64,000 bases of DNA, from the NCBI GenBank assembly GCA_963753975.1, contig CAVWEH010000005.1:320001-384000 (forward strand), read 5' to 3'. Each line of letters opens with the position of its first letter. The first letter of the stretch is position 1. A program made the position numbers and the translations under genes. Source of the stretch: an uncultured delta proteobacterium (GTDB lineage Bacteria > Desulfobacterota > Syntrophia > Syntrophales > Smithellaceae). Of the stretch, positions 63,320 to 64,000 are shown piece after piece. The notes under the pieces were generated by a model, which was given only the letters and a program-made list of their open reading frames with translations, ran no database searches and was not told the DNA's origin.

Positions 63320-63907
63320 ATTACACCTCTTATGCCGACTGTCTTAAAAATGATAAAACGTTTTTAATTATATAACAATTACTATTTGTAATGTAGCATA
63401 TATTTAAAATTTTGAAAAACGAGGCTTATAGGAAGAAGCACTTGCTGACTACATCTACAAATGTTCAGTCTAAGCCAATTAAATACTTAATTGTTTTGCT
63501 GATATTATCATTTGAAAATTTATTCGCTGACTATAATTGAGATTAAAGCAATGTAATGAAGTCTAATTTCTTTGAAAAGGTATAATCAGGGGTAAATAAA
63601 TAAATTACATTTATATTATTATTGCTCGGCCGCTCTGTTCTTTTTCGTTTCATCATCTTTGTTCCATTGACGCATGTTTCTAGGTTCATTTTTACGACGT
63701 TCATAACCAATAACCGTCGAAACCCTACTCATTTATAGTTAACAATTTCCTCCACGCCTCCCACTGACTTTATTGAAAAATACTTTACTCCTTGAAGCCT
63801 TATTAATAGAAAAAGCCTCACGAGATGGCTTTATTTGCCATCTTCTTGTGAGACTTTTTTTGTGCTGTGTCTATTGGCGGCGATCTCGCCTTTAAGCTTG
63901 AAGGGTA

Positions 63908-64000
63908 TTACATTTGATGAAACTGAATGTGCATTGTCAAAACGACACAAATGCCGCTTTTGACTTTTCTCTCTTCGACTGCCGCTCGGACTAAAGAAGT
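63908..64000 (-). pseudogene. Truncated yjbQ-like fragment at the right edge
   Basis: TSLVRAAVEERKVKSGICVVLTMHI aligns with TASVQAVIDKEKISNGFCIVFTPHT of 60196-60594, then stops. Confidence 0.5.

Noticed and set aside
63619..63732. 37-aa minus-strand ORF (MSRVSTVIGYERRKNEPRNM...)
   Set aside because: No recognisable motif, and the GGAGG is too far from the ATG.

Overview
Bacterial chromosomal window. The gene set and order look like a Desulfobacterota/Syntrophales (Smithella-like) genome; this is an inference. Bases 1-36.9 kb are a mosaic, almost entirely plus-strand surface-glycan cluster: a Wzx flippase with sulfotransferases and glycosyltransferases; a Wzm/Wzt ABC exporter with a WbdA-like double-GT4 polymerase; paired PEYSY-motif glycosyltransferases, gmd and several methyltransferases; an SxtJ/SxtK(DUF5989)/carbamoyltransferase module; and an AlgI/AlgJ-like O-acetylation pair. 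Bases 36.9-57.2 kb are a minus-strand envelope run (lysS-lolE-lolD-bamA-skp-lpxD-lpxA-gnnA-gnnB-lpxB-msbA-lpxK-lpxL-waaF-gmhB-waaC-Trm112-like, then wbaP). These are followed by ssb, tatA, a RodZ-like gene, suhB, yjbQ and a small accessory tail. The most unusual element is 61856-63319, an apparently three-part chimeric membrane protein: an intact receiver domain, the leftover C-terminal strands, TM helix and linker of an adenylate cyclase-TM-TolB-like protein, and 12 extracytoplasmic Cys-pair repeats with recent internal duplications. At least 7 genes in the first 31 kb are split by +1 single-base insertions, probably sequencing errors. Mobile relics include a group II intron 3' end, MITE-like repeats, IS-end-like repeats and a possible integron-cassette remnant. 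No rRNA, tRNA or CRISPR array was seen.
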